NCBI GenBank assembly: GCA_050298055.1
Contig: JBNKTL010000037.1
Coordinates: forward strand, 1 to 49,282
Source of the DNA: Spirochaetota bacterium
Lineage (GTDB): Bacteria; Spirochaetota; UBA4802; UBA5550
DNA: 49,282 bases
Direction: 5' to 3'
In this document: piece after piece, positions 18,910 to 28,505 of the stretch
How positions within the stretch are numbered: the stretch's first letter is position 1
Layout of the letters: every line of letters begins with the position of its first letter
Program-made: the position numbers and the translations under genes
The notes under the pieces: model-generated
The model's input: only the letters and a program-made list of their open reading frames with translations
Told to the model about the DNA's origin: nothing
Database searches by the model: none

Positions 18910-19521
18910 TTACTCCCCTTTTGATTCTGATATGATCTGAGAGAGGACCGGATTCAGATGCTGTATGAGATTTTCTGCAATACCTTCATCGGTAAAATCG
19001 TAATATGAATCTCCCCCCTTTTCGGAAATGCGGAAACCGGCCTTGATTCCTGAATGAGGTTTGATCTCTACTCCCCCTTTGAGTTCGGATGAGAGCTTTC
19101 CAAGAAGCGCCTTTTCAAGCTTTTTCGCATCATCAGGTGAAAGGAGAAGGTCAATTCCCCTGTCTGAGACAGAGTCCCAGCCGCTGAGTATTTTGGGAAT
19201 AATATCCTTAAGGACTTCTTCTGACATCGCGTTGCTTGTTTCATTTTTGATAATCGAGTCAAAAAGTTTTGTGAGGGTGCTTTTAATGTTCAGTATAAGG
19301 TCCCGGCCCGCCTGCCTGACGGCCTCTTTGCCGGCATTTTCAAACTGTGCTGCCTCTGCCTTTGCCTTTGATATGATATCTTCGGCTTCCTTTTTAGCCC
19401 TGTTGATGATCTCGGCTGATTTGTGCTCAGCATCATCAAGTATCTGCTTTGCTTTTGCATCAGCTTCGCCGACACCTTCTGTTTTAATTTTATCAATAAG
19501 CTCTTTTAATTGGACGTCCAT
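18910..19521 (-). CDS. atpE: V-type ATP synthase subunit E
   Basis: LIDKIKTEGV coiled coil, GFRI..YDFTDE; first gene of the operon. Confidence 0.9.
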   Translation of the reverse strand: MDVQLKELIDKIKTEGVGEADAKAKQILDDAEHKSAEIINRAKKEAEDIISKAKAEAAQFENAGKEAVRQAGRDLILNIKSTLTKLFDSIIKNETSNAMSEEVLKDIIPKILSGWDSVSDRGIDLLLSPDDAKKLEKALLGKLSSELKGGVEIKPHSGIKAGFRISEKGGDSYYDFTDEGIAENLIQHLNPVLSQIISESKGE

Positions 19522-19991
19522 CTTCTCCTCTTTTGGTAAATGAATTTATAAAGTATTTTTTCTTAAAATCCAAACGATACTTTTTACGCTCCTGTCCGGC
19601 AGCCTGGCCAAAGTTACTCTCATAATTGTCAATGATGAGTATTTTGATACAGAGCCGGATAGTTACCTTCTAATTTAATTATTTTAATGATTTTTATACT
19701 TATTGCAATTTATTTTTTTTTATATAACATAGTGAAGATATTTATTGATAATATACCCATGAATCACCGACACCTTAGATTTGAAGATATATTAATCAAT
19801 AAAAAAATGAATTTTATTTTAATTAATTTGACAAAAAAACCTATTTTAAAAAAATTGTTAGAATGGGAACAAATTGGCGCCTTTAGGGATTTGCTCTGAT
19901 TGCAAATATAATTTTTATGAGAATTATTTTACAGAAAGAAAAAGAATAACATCTGCAAATTTTAAAACTGCCAGATCATTACCGGACCTTT

Positions 19992-20576
19992 ATGAATCTC
20001 GATAAACATGTGAAATTATTTAACAGGATTGCTCCCGTATACAAATGGTTTTTTAACTACCAGGTAAAATCGTATACCCGTATTATAAAAAACCAGGCAG
20101 AGTATCTTGATAAATACAGAGGGGGGCGAATCCTGGATATGGGCTGCGGGACCGGAGCATTCATGCAGGCATTGAAAAACGAAGGATTTCAGGTAACAGG
20201 TATTGATATTTCATTCTCTATGCTGAAACAGGCCCTGAAATCGGAGCTAAGCTGTGTCACGGGAAATGCCGCGGGATACCTCCCTTTTAAAGATAATTCC
20301 TTTGATCTCGTAATTGCTTCATATGTTGTCCATGGTATTGATGCCCGCTTAAGACAGTTGCTTTTCCGGGAAGCATCCCGGGTGTCCAGCGGAATTGTCC
20401 TTTTTCATGATTATAACGGTAAGAGGAACTTTTTTACAGATTTTATCGAATGGATGGAGGGCGGTGATTACTTTAATTTTATCAAGCATGGGGCAGATGA
20501 AATGGAGGAGTTCTTCTCTACGGTTAATATTATCAGCATAGCACCCCAGTTTTCATGGTATATCTGTACTCCTTAA
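19992..20576 (+). CDS. Class I SAM-dependent methyltransferase
   Basis: ILDMGCGTG, GIDIS, LPFKDNSFDLV. Confidence 0.9.
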   Translation: MNLDKHVKLFNRIAPVYKWFFNYQVKSYTRIIKNQAEYLDKYRGGRILDMGCGTGAFMQALKNEGFQVTGIDISFSMLKQALKSELSCVTGNAAGYLPFKDNSFDLVIASYVVHGIDARLRQLLFREASRVSSGIVLFHDYNGKRNFFTDFIEWMEGGDYFNFIKHGADEMEEFFSTVNIISIAPQFSWYICTP

Positions 20577-20621
20577 AACGGTTTCGTGGCAACTTACTTC
20601 ATCTTTGTGACAATTTAAATT

Positions 20622-21233
20622 ATGAATCCCGGTATTGATATAAATTATTATCAGGAACTTGCCGTGATGGAACCTGCTCCGGTCTGCAGAAGAACTTTAT
20701 GCGGCTACCACAGAGTAAAACAGTGCTATATGATTCCTGCATGGGGAACAGTATTCGAAGTATATCCGGAATCTGCAAAAATAATCGACACCTCCGGAAA
20801 GAAGGTAAGCAGGAATGCAGGATTGTCAATACTCTTTTATCTTCTCAGAGGAAAAGAATCACTGACTATTGGTGAGTGGATTACGGAAAAAGACATTCCC
20901 GGGGGAGTGACGTTTTTTACCGGGCCCCATGCCATTCCATCCGGTCTTGTGGCAGAAAAAGTTAAGAATAACCTGGACCTCTTTATAAGGGCATGTAAAG
21001 AGCTCGGTGGTGAAGCGGGAGATATGGGTGATGCCTCCTGTGTATTCAGGATACTCCCAAGAATTCCGGTTGCTGTTATCTACTGGTTGGGAGATGAGGA
21101 GTTTAAACCGGAAACAAAACTGCTCTTCGACAGGAGTATAAGCGAGCACCTGCCCCTGGATATTATTTATGCTCTCTCATATGAACTCCTGCAGAGAATT
21201 TCGGAAATTTCCAAAAACAGAGATGAGTCTTAA
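20622..21233 (+). CDS. DUF3786-like protein
   Basis: GGVTFF, GDAS, LPRIPV..W.GDEEF..LLFD. Confidence 0.8.
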   Translation: MNPGIDINYYQELAVMEPAPVCRRTLCGYHRVKQCYMIPAWGTVFEVYPESAKIIDTSGKKVSRNAGLSILFYLLRGKESLTIGEWITEKDIPGGVTFFTGPHAIPSGLVAEKVKNNLDLFIRACKELGGEAGDMGDASCVFRILPRIPVAVIYWLGDEEFKPETKLLFDRSISEHLPLDIIYALSYELLQRISEISKNRDES

Positions 21234-21510
21234 AGCAGGATATTTAATAATCAATTTTTATCTTGATGGGTGCGGTTCCCTGAAAGAGAAGCGGAAGCGG
21301 ATATCGGGCCTTCGGCAAAAGCTGGGCAACAGCCCGAATATTGCGGTTTGTGAAAGTGATTTTATGGATGAGCATAAAAGGTCACAGTGGTCTTTTGTTG
21401 CAGTTTCAAATGAGAGGAAGGTAGTCGGTAATCTCCTTGATTCAATTGAAAGCAGAATTGAGGAGATGGTTGATGCCCGGGTGATCGATGTTCATCGGGA
21501 GATCGTTTAA
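21223..21510 (+). CDS. DUF503 (YlxP) family protein
   Basis: SLKEKR..NIAVCESD; ATG 21223 overlaps the upstream gene end. Confidence 0.85.
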   Translation: MSLKAGYLIINFYLDGCGSLKEKRKRISGLRQKLGNSPNIAVCESDFMDEHKRSQWSFVAVSNERKVVGNLLDSIESRIEEMVDARVIDVHREIV

Positions 21511-21688
21511 GATATCCTATTCGGATGGCCATGGGTTCATTTATCCATTTCCAGGTTTTTTATCCTTCTTCATCCTGACAATCCTGTCCATAATCTTTTC
21601 GATATTTTAATTTGACAAAATGGAAACAATAATGTAAGAGTGTTTTAGCCTGTTAAGTGAGGATCATATAACCGAAGAGAGGTGAGTC

Positions 21689-22870
21689 ATGACAATAGCA
21701 ATTATTTCGGATACTCACATCGGAGATTCCGCATCTCGTCTTGTTGATAAAAAAGGTATTTTTTCCCAAAAATTACCCGCTTACGGGAAATTGAAAAAAG
21801 GAATTCTTGAGTTTACAAATGGCAGTCCCCTGAAGTACCTCGTTCTTAACGGGGACGTCATGGATTTTTCCATTAATTCAATTGATCAATCAATATCCAT
21901 TGCCCAGCCTTTTTTTAAACAGATAAGCAGGGACAAACTCACGGAACATATTATCTATATTCCGGGAAATCACGATAAACAGGTCTGGGACGGAATCCAG
22001 TGGGACACCAGTATAATCGGCAATCTGTCAGAATATTATCTGCCGAAACCTTTTAAAAGAATTCAGCCTGTCCATATACCTGCAAAAGGTGATATAAAAC
22101 TGGAAGGAATAAAAAAGGACAAAAAAGGCAAATACGGCAATCTCTTTTTAAAAGGTCTTTTTGGTGATCCGGACAATAATCCCACGATCATTCTGGCATA
22201 TCCGAATTTATATATTGAGAGAAAGGACAATCCGACAATTATTGTCACTCACGGGCACATGTTTGAAACAGCATGGGTCCTCCTCTCGGACCTGTTTCAC
22301 GGTGTTTCCGGTTTACCTGATGAAATCGGTCTGAAAGAACTTGAAGAGTGGAATGTCCCCATAACTTCAATGATCTGCACAGGTGTGGGAAGCGGGGGAG
22401 ATGTATCCCGGTTATTCTATAAGATACAACGTCAATTATATGAAAAAAACACAAAACTTCTTTCTCGCACACTGGACAGGGTCTTGCCGAGACTTAAGAA
22501 TGAATTTGGTTTTCCCTGGTATAAAAAAATTCTTATACCCGACTGGCTCATTAAAAAAATAATCATTTCAACCGCGTCAAAAACTGAGGATCCCCGTTCA
22601 TTGGAAAAATATTTTGATTTCGATAAGAAAAAGGTTGAGCATTTTAAGAACTTTTTCAGGGCAACAAAAAACGAACTGAAAAGACTGAAACTTCCCGATT
22701 CAAATACAATTATTTTTGGTCACACGCATTATCCCTATTCCGCCCGGGAACCCTATTCTCCGAAGATTTTACCTGAATTGACATTTTATAATACCGGGGG
22801 CTGGCTGAAGGAGAGTAAAGCGGAAGTCTTTTTAATGGATGATAAAAGATTTACAAGCTTTTCCGTGTAA
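21689..22870 (+). CDS. Calcineurin-like metallophosphoesterase
   Basis: SDTH, NGDVMD, GNHD, HGH, GHTH, NTGGW; GAGGTG RBS. Confidence 0.88.
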   Translation: MTIAIISDTHIGDSASRLVDKKGIFSQKLPAYGKLKKGILEFTNGSPLKYLVLNGDVMDFSINSIDQSISIAQPFFKQISRDKLTEHIIYIPGNHDKQVWDGIQWDTSIIGNLSEYYLPKPFKRIQPVHIPAKGDIKLEGIKKDKKGKYGNLFLKGLFGDPDNNPTIILAYPNLYIERKDNPTIIVTHGHMFETAWVLLSDLFHGVSGLPDEIGLKELEEWNVPITSMICTGVGSGGDVSRLFYKIQRQLYEKNTKLLSRTLDRVLPRLKNEFGFPWYKKILIPDWLIKKIIISTASKTEDPRSLEKYFDFDKKKVEHFKNFFRATKNELKRLKLPDSNTIIFGHTHYPYSAREPYSPKILPELTFYNTGGWLKESKAEVFLMDDKRFTSFSV

Positions 22871-22909
22871 AAGTTGAATGCTCTTTGAGTAAAAGCACCG
22901 GTTTTTTCA

Positions 22910-23359
22910 CTAACTGATATCAGGCATCAATGCCCACTTGATGACCCAGTCATTATCCACAACATCCAGGCAGACAATCCCTCCGTTCTGGAACTTGAAG
23001 ACCCTTTTCTCCGGTGATCCCGTTACAAGAAATGAGGCAAACCTTTCCATAAAGGGGAGGTGACCCACAACCATAGTATTGGCCCCGGTATCTGCTTTGA
23101 AGAGGCTTACGTCATCATTCGGTTTAAGCCCCTCTGATTGGGACACTCCTTCGGGAGGCAACAGCTTCTGCGCAAAAATCTCCGCAGTCTGGAGTGCCCT
23201 GAGTTTGCCGCTGTGAATGATCCTGTCCACTCTTATGCCATATCCCGCAGCCACTTCTGCTATTCTCTTAACGTCGGCAGTTCCCTCCCCGGTTAGGGGC
23301 CTTTCGGGATCAACATCCTCCGGCAGACATTTCCCGTGCTGGACAAGATAGAGTGACAT
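22910..23359 (-). CDS. sixA: Phosphohistidine phosphatase SixA
   Basis: LYLVQHG, RPLT, HSGKLRA, VVGHLP. Confidence 0.88.
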   Translation of the reverse strand: MSLYLVQHGKCLPEDVDPERPLTGEGTADVKRIAEVAAGYGIRVDRIIHSGKLRALQTAEIFAQKLLPPEGVSQSEGLKPNDDVSLFKADTGANTMVVGHLPFMERFASFLVTGSPEKRVFKFQNGGIVCLDVVDNDWVIKWALMPDIS

Positions 23360-23378
23360 GATGACCTCCTTTTAATAT

Positions 23379-23424
23379 AGTTCCGAGTTTAAAGTTTCGA
23401 GTTCCAAGTTCCAAGTTCCAAGTT
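23379..23424. repeat. Tandem 7-mer run (AGTTYCR)
   Basis: agttccg agtttaa agtttcg agttcca agttcca agttcca agtt; same family as 11991-12185. Confidence 0.7.
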
Positions 23425-23624
23425 GAAGATTGTAAATCCAATTCAGTAATAAATACTTAAATTATAATAAGCCATATAGAACTTCTGTCAATAGATAATC
23501 AGATTTTTTACATTACGAAATCATGTTTTGGAATAAATACTGATCAGATTATAAAGTGAAGCGTAACTTTCAGTTGACACTGATACTCTCATCTGGAACA
23601 TATCATTGAGGAAATAAAAAGCTT

Positions 23625-24866
23625 ATGGAAGTCATACAGATAATAATACTCACTGCACTCCTGGTTGAATTTGTTTCTCAGGCGGTTGCCGATTCCCTGA
23701 ACATGAAAAATATATCTGAAAATATTCCCCCTGAATTTCAGGGTGTCTATGACGGTGAAAAATATAAAAAATCCCAGGAATACCTTATTGCCGGTACAAA
23801 GTTTGGGCTTGTGCAGTCGCTCTTTGGCCTGACAGTCATTCTTCTCTTCTGGTTTGGGAAAGGTTTTCAGTATGTTGACAGTTTAATCAGGGGATTTGAA
23901 TTGACTCCGCTTCTCTCGGGGCTTGTCTATATCGGTTTACTTCTGCTTTTAAAAACGATTATATCACTTCCCTTCAGTCTCTATTCAACGTTTGTCATAG
24001 AGGAGAAGTTCGGCTTTAACAGGACAACACTTTCCCTCTTTCTGTTTGATCTGCTCAAGGGGCTGCTCATCGGCCTGGTAATCGGTATCCCTCTTGTCTC
24101 AGGGATACTTCTCTTCTTTCAATATGCCGGTGAAATGGCATGGTTTTACTGCTGGATAGCCACAACGGTTTTTATCATTGCCATCCAGTATATCTTTCCG
24201 ACCTTTATTATGCCTCTCTTTAACAGGTTTGATCCAATTGAGGAGGGGGAGCTTAAGGATTCAATATTTGCATACGCCCGGTCAATCGACTTCAATTTTG
24301 ACAATATCTATGTAATGGATGGATCAAAGAGATCGAGTAAGTCTAACGCGTTTTTTTCAGGTCTTGGAAAGAGCCGGAGGATTGTTCTCTTCGATACGCT
24401 TATTAATCAACACACTGTACCGGAACTGGTTGCCGTACTGGCGCATGAGATGGGCCACTACAAGAAGAAGCATATACAGAAGGGAATTTTTGTGGGGGTT
24501 GTGCAGATGGGTGTTATCTTCTTCATCATGTCGTTTTTCATTTCATACAGAGGGCTCTTTGACGCATTTTATATGGAGGAGATGTCGATTTATGCGGGGC
24601 TTGTTTTTTTCGGCATGCTCTATTCTCCCCTGGGGTTTATTCTGGAGATTGCCATGCATGCTTTTTCCAGAAAGAACGAATATGAAGCTGACCGGTTTGC
24701 AGTAGAAACGTCCGGACGGGGTGAGGCAATGATCAACGCCCTGAAAAAACTCTCGGTGAACAATCTTTCCAATCTCATACCGCACCCTGTCTATGTTTTT
24801 CTTAACTATTCACACCCTCCTGTGCTGGAGAGGATCAATCGTATCCGCCGTCTTGGGGTATCCTGA
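23625..24866 (+). CDS. M48 family (Ste24-like) membrane metallopeptidase
   Basis: DGSKRS, NAFF.G, AHEMGH, EYEAD, YSHPP. Confidence 0.95.
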   Translation: MEVIQIIILTALLVEFVSQAVADSLNMKNISENIPPEFQGVYDGEKYKKSQEYLIAGTKFGLVQSLFGLTVILLFWFGKGFQYVDSLIRGFELTPLLSGLVYIGLLLLLKTIISLPFSLYSTFVIEEKFGFNRTTLSLFLFDLLKGLLIGLVIGIPLVSGILLFFQYAGEMAWFYCWIATTVFIIAIQYIFPTFIMPLFNRFDPIEEGELKDSIFAYARSIDFNFDNIYVMDGSKRSSKSNAFFSGLGKSRRIVLFDTLINQHTVPELVAVLAHEMGHYKKKHIQKGIFVGVVQMGVIFFIMSFFISYRGLFDAFYMEEMSIYAGLVFFGMLYSPLGFILEIAMHAFSRKNEYEADRFAVETSGRGEAMINALKKLSVNNLSNLIPHPVYVFLNYSHPPVLERINRIRRLGVS

Positions 24867-24888
24867 TTCTCAATACCGGGAATTATCA

Positions 24889-25129
24889 ATTTGCCACAGA
24901 GGCATAGAGGCAGAGAAGAGGAAGGAAAGAAAAGAAGAAAAAGTTTCACACAAAGCTTACAGATCACACGAAGGAAGAGCTTATTAATGTTATGTTTTTA
25001 ATTTTAAATGTTAAATTATAAACCTGTTTTTAATCACATTCCCTATAACTTTAAACTTTTTCTATCTTAGCGGTTTAGAATACTTCAATGACCTCTGTGT
25101 CTCTGTGTCTCTGTGCCTCTGTGGCAAAT
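24889..25129. repeat. Inverted repeat of 8-mer (CACAGAGR) arms between convergent genes
   Basis: atttgccacagaggca.. at 24889 and ..tgcctctgtggcaaat ending 25129. Confidence 0.75.
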
Positions 25130-25140
25130 CTTAAGAGTAT

Positions 25141-25944
25141 TCAGGAAACAAGTTTTTTCCCCAGTCTCCTCACTGAGAGGTATCCGAAGAGTGCGATAAA
25201 GATTATGATATACGCGGCATCAAGGAAAAGAGAGGGAGTGAAGCTGGCGAAGCAGAGTGCCCTGATAATGTTGGTTGAATGGGTCAGGGGGAAGAACTCT
25301 GCCGCTATCTGCAGGTAAGAAGGAAGGCTTTCAAGGGGAAACACTATTCCCGAGAAAAAGTACATGGGTGTGAGAAGCCCGGTAAAGTAGAAGTTAAAAT
25401 GGTTGATGGTTGAAACAAAAGAGGTCACATAGAGTGAAAAAGCGGCAAACATGAGACCTGTGAAGAAACCGGCAACGGGAGCAAAGAGAGCCAGGGGGGA
25501 ATCTATCAATCCGAAGACCGATACAACAAAGAGTACCGCCCCTGAAAAGAAAAAGCTCTTGGTCCCCGCGAAAAGCATCTCTCCCACAAGGAGATCATTG
25601 ACCGTAATTGAAGAGGAGAGCATTCCGTCATAGACCTTATCAAACTCCAGCCTGATAAAAGTCCCGAAGGTACACTCAAAGGCGGCGGTGAACATGGCCG
25701 ACGGAACTATGATTCCCGCGGCAAGAAACTTCACATAAGAAACTCCCTCTATGAGCCCCACATAGTGACCCAGCCCCAGGCCCACACCGGCCAGGAAGAA
25801 GAGAGGTTCCACGAAGGGGGGAAACCCGTTGCTGATAATATGCCGGGTGTAGACCCTGTAATGCCTGAACCAGACGCTGAATATCCGGGAAACAGGGGAT
25901 GGGGGCCTTGATTCCAGAAGTGCGGTTATCCTGTTGTCAGTCAT
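25141..25944 (-). CDS. ABC-2 transporter permease (NodJ-like)
   Basis: About six hydrophobic segments, FFSGIVFP, PLTH. Confidence 0.88.
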   Translation of the reverse strand: MTDNRITALLESRPPSPVSRIFSVWFRHYRVYTRHIISNGFPPFVEPLFFLAGVGLGLGHYVGLIEGVSYVKFLAAGIIVPSAMFTAAFECTFGTFIRLEFDKVYDGMLSSSITVNDLLVGEMLFAGTKSFFFSGAVLFVVSVFGLIDSPLALFAPVAGFFTGLMFAAFSLYVTSFVSTINHFNFYFTGLLTPMYFFSGIVFPLESLPSYLQIAAEFFPLTHSTNIIRALCFASFTPSLFLDAAYIIIFIALFGYLSVRRLGKKLVS

Positions 25945-26854
25945 TGAGGTTCCGTCCTGTCACCTTGAGAAACAGGTCTTCCAGGTTCGATTGTCTCAGG
26001 TAGTATTCCCCTGTTTCCATTTTTTTTGATACACGGTTTAATGCGTTCAGGTTTTCAGAATAGAGGAGGGCCCTGCTGTCGGTATTTTCCGATCTTATGT
26101 CGCCGGAGAAATTTATCCCTTTCATGCTTTCAAGGTTAAAAACTTCAAGTACATAGGGCTCAATGTTGTTTTCAATAAGTTTTATGGGCTTTCCTTCAAG
26201 GACCTTCTCCCCGGAATACATGATGGAGAGCCTGTCGCAGAGCTGAAAGGCTTCCTCCATATAGTGGGTTGTCAGGAGCACCGTGACCCCCTCCTTTTTC
26301 AGCGCTCTCACCCTGTCCCAGATGATATGCCTCACCTGGGGATCAAGGCCGGTTGTGGGTTCATCAAGAATGAGGAGTTTCGGTGAATTAATCAGGGACC
26401 TTGCGATGGAGAGCCTGCGTTTCATTCCGCCGGAGAGTTGCCGTATTTTCGCGTCTTTCTTTTCATTAAGGTCCATGAAATTGAGAAGGTATTCAATTCG
26501 GGGCAGTGACACCTTTTTCGGCATGCCGTAGAACCGGGAGTAGATAAGCAGGTTCTGGATGACACTCAGTTCCACGTCGAGGTTGTCCTCCTGCTGGACA
26601 ATACCGGAAAGATATTTTATCTCAAGTTCGTTTTTAAGGGGATTATATCCGAAGACATTGATCCTGCACCGGCAGTCTCTGTCCATGAGTGTTTTGCCGT
26701 AGAGCATCTTCATCATTGTGGTTTTTCCGGCGCCGTTTGGTCCAAGGAGCCCGTAACACTCTCCGCTCTTTACGGAAAAGCTGAGATTGTTCACGGCCCT
26801 GACCTTTTTATAGGTTTTGGACGCATTCTCTACTGTTATTGCGGTTTCTTTCAT
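25937..26854 (-). CDS. ABC transporter ATP-binding protein (NodI-like)
   Basis: GPNGAGKT, LSGGMKRR, LDEPTTGLDPQ, TTHYMEEA. ATG 26854 preferred to TTG 26893. Confidence 0.92.
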   Translation of the reverse strand: MKETAITVENASKTYKKVRAVNNLSFSVKSGECYGLLGPNGAGKTTMMKMLYGKTLMDRDCRCRINVFGYNPLKNELEIKYLSGIVQQEDNLDVELSVIQNLLIYSRFYGMPKKVSLPRIEYLLNFMDLNEKKDAKIRQLSGGMKRRLSIARSLINSPKLLILDEPTTGLDPQVRHIIWDRVRALKKEGVTVLLTTHYMEEAFQLCDRLSIMYSGEKVLEGKPIKLIENNIEPYVLEVFNLESMKGINFSGDIRSENTDSRALLYSENLNALNRVSKKMETGEYYLRQSNLEDLFLKVTGRNLND

Positions 26855-26911
26855 TGTGGTAATGGAGTAATTATTTTTGCCGGGTAGAGTCAAGTAATAA
26901 ATGGAACTTTA

Positions 26912-27565
26912 TTAACCCGGGATTTCCATTCCGAGCTTCTCCATGACTTTCTTTATGTCCTCCCAGACATCCTTGCGGAGCGGGCTCTTGTCCCCGCCGT
27001 TTCTCAATAGATAGCTGGGGTGATAGGTGGGCATAACGGGAACTCCTTCAAATTCTCCCCAGTTCCCTCTCATCTTTGTGATCCCTGTAGTGGTATTGAG
27101 AAGGTACTTTGTGGACGGATTTCCCAGTGTAACAATTACAGAGGGTCGTATTATCTCAATCTGCTTAAGAAGGTAGGGGGTGCACGATTCAACCTCATCA
27201 GGTTCAGGGGGGCGGTCTTTTAAAAATTTCAGATCTACGGTAGGTCTGCATTTAACAATGTTTGCTATGTAGACCTGGGACCGCGGTATCCCGATCCCTT
27301 TTTCGATTATCCGCGTCAGGAGTTCACCCGCCCTTCCCACAAAGGGACGTCCCTGGAGGTCCTCCTGTTTACCCGGTCCCTCACCGATAAACATGATATC
27401 CGCACCGGGATTTCCCTCTCCGAACACAACCCGGGTCCGTGTGGTGCAGAGCTTGCACCTTTTGCACTGCAACGCCTCTTCTTCAAGGGCGCCGAGTATT
27501 TCAGTCTGAAAATTGTCCATTTCCCAATTTTTCTCACTTAAATGCTGATTCTTTAAATAATCCAT
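26912..27565 (-). CDS. Family 4 uracil-DNA glycosylase
   Basis: CKRCKLC, GEGPG, GRPFVG, KCRP, TYHPSY. Confidence 0.93.
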   Translation of the reverse strand: MDYLKNQHLSEKNWEMDNFQTEILGALEEEALQCKRCKLCTTRTRVVFGEGNPGADIMFIGEGPGKQEDLQGRPFVGRAGELLTRIIEKGIGIPRSQVYIANIVKCRPTVDLKFLKDRPPEPDEVESCTPYLLKQIEIIRPSVIVTLGNPSTKYLLNTTTGITKMRGNWGEFEGVPVMPTYHPSYLLRNGGDKSPLRKDVWEDIKKVMEKLGMEIPG

Positions 27566-27736
27566 GCTGAGGTCAAGAAAATTTATTCGTTGATAGTTTA
27601 TTTAAAACAAAGAGGTGGTCCTTAAGCCACACGCAAAAATTCGTTCTTTAGATCAATATTTTCACTTTTTTTCAATACAATTCACTTGACAAAAACCATA
27701 TTTAGTATCTTATTTAGACTAAAAAAGAGGCATTTT

Positions 27737-28015
27737 ATGAAAATCAAAGAAGACATACGCTCTATTTCATACATAAAAGCAAATGCGGCAAATATACTTC
27801 AACAAGTAAATAAAACGCATCGTCCTGTCTATATCACTCAAAATGGTGAAGCAAAGGCAGTTTTACTGGATGCTGAAACTTATGAAACAATGAATTCGAC
27901 TATTGGCTTATTAAAACTTTTATCACAAGGTGAAAAAAATATTAAAGAAAGCAAATACTCAGATCATGATGATTTTTTTGATTCTTTAGAAAAAAAAATC
28001 GATAAAATGGATTAA
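27737..28015 (+). CDS. Phd/YefM antitoxin
   Basis: SISYIKANA..PVYITQNGEAKAVL; AAGAGG RBS before ATG 27737. Confidence 0.9.
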   Translation: MKIKEDIRSISYIKANAANILQQVNKTHRPVYITQNGEAKAVLLDAETYETMNSTIGLLKLLSQGEKNIKESKYSDHDDFFDSLEKKIDKMD

Positions 28016-28017
28016 AG

Positions 28018-28359
28018 ATGTCCATAAAAAAATACAAACTCAGATGGACAGAAATAGCCCAAAACGATTTGACCGGCATAATCGAATACATTGCAGAAGA
28101 CAACAAGACAAATGCTAAAAATATTCTTCAAAAGATCAGAAAAAAAGCAGATGATTTAAAGACTTTCCCATACAGAGGTAAAATACCTCAAGAATTGAAA
28201 TACCATAATATTGAACAATATAGAGAAATAATATATGATCCATGGAGAATTTTCTATATAATAGAATATGATTCTGTGTACGTTGTTTCAGTCATTGATG
28301 GTCGTCGAAATGTAGAAGATATCTTATTAAATAGATTCATAAATGAAAAAAGTAATTGA
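28018..28359 (+). CDS. RelE/ParE toxin
   Basis: W...AQNDL..I.EYIA, L.TFPYRG, YREI..WRIFY, IDGRR. Confidence 0.9.
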   Translation: MSIKKYKLRWTEIAQNDLTGIIEYIAEDNKTNAKNILQKIRKKADDLKTFPYRGKIPQELKYHNIEQYREIIYDPWRIFYIIEYDSVYVVSVIDGRRNVEDILLNRFINEKSN

Positions 28360-28458
28360 TTGCGCAACTTCATTAAAAATTTTCTTAGTTTTTAAATGGC
28401 CCCACGCCCCTTAGGAAAACGTTAGCTGTATAATTAGACCCACAGCATTAAAATCCAA

Positions 28459-28487
28459 TTGACTCACATGATCTTTTTAAGTATAAA
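28459..28487 (+). promoter_or_regulatory. sigma70-type promoter
   Basis: TTGACT-17 bp-TATAAA. Confidence 0.5.
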
Positions 28488-28505
28488 TAGTTATCAGGAC
28501 TGAAA

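Noticed and set aside
19687..19899. 70-aa ORF
   Set aside because: Low-complexity AT-rich divergent promoter region with no RBS or motif.
25141..26854. NodIJ-like ABC pair as exporter for the NRPS-PKS product or as nodulation genes
   Set aside because: It is 17 kb from the cluster among unrelated genes, belongs to a widespread family, and no nodABC is present.
28360..28430. Possible attC site after the toxin gene (gcgcaac..gttagct)
   Set aside because: The ends are not complementary, there is no convincing stem, and no integrase is present.
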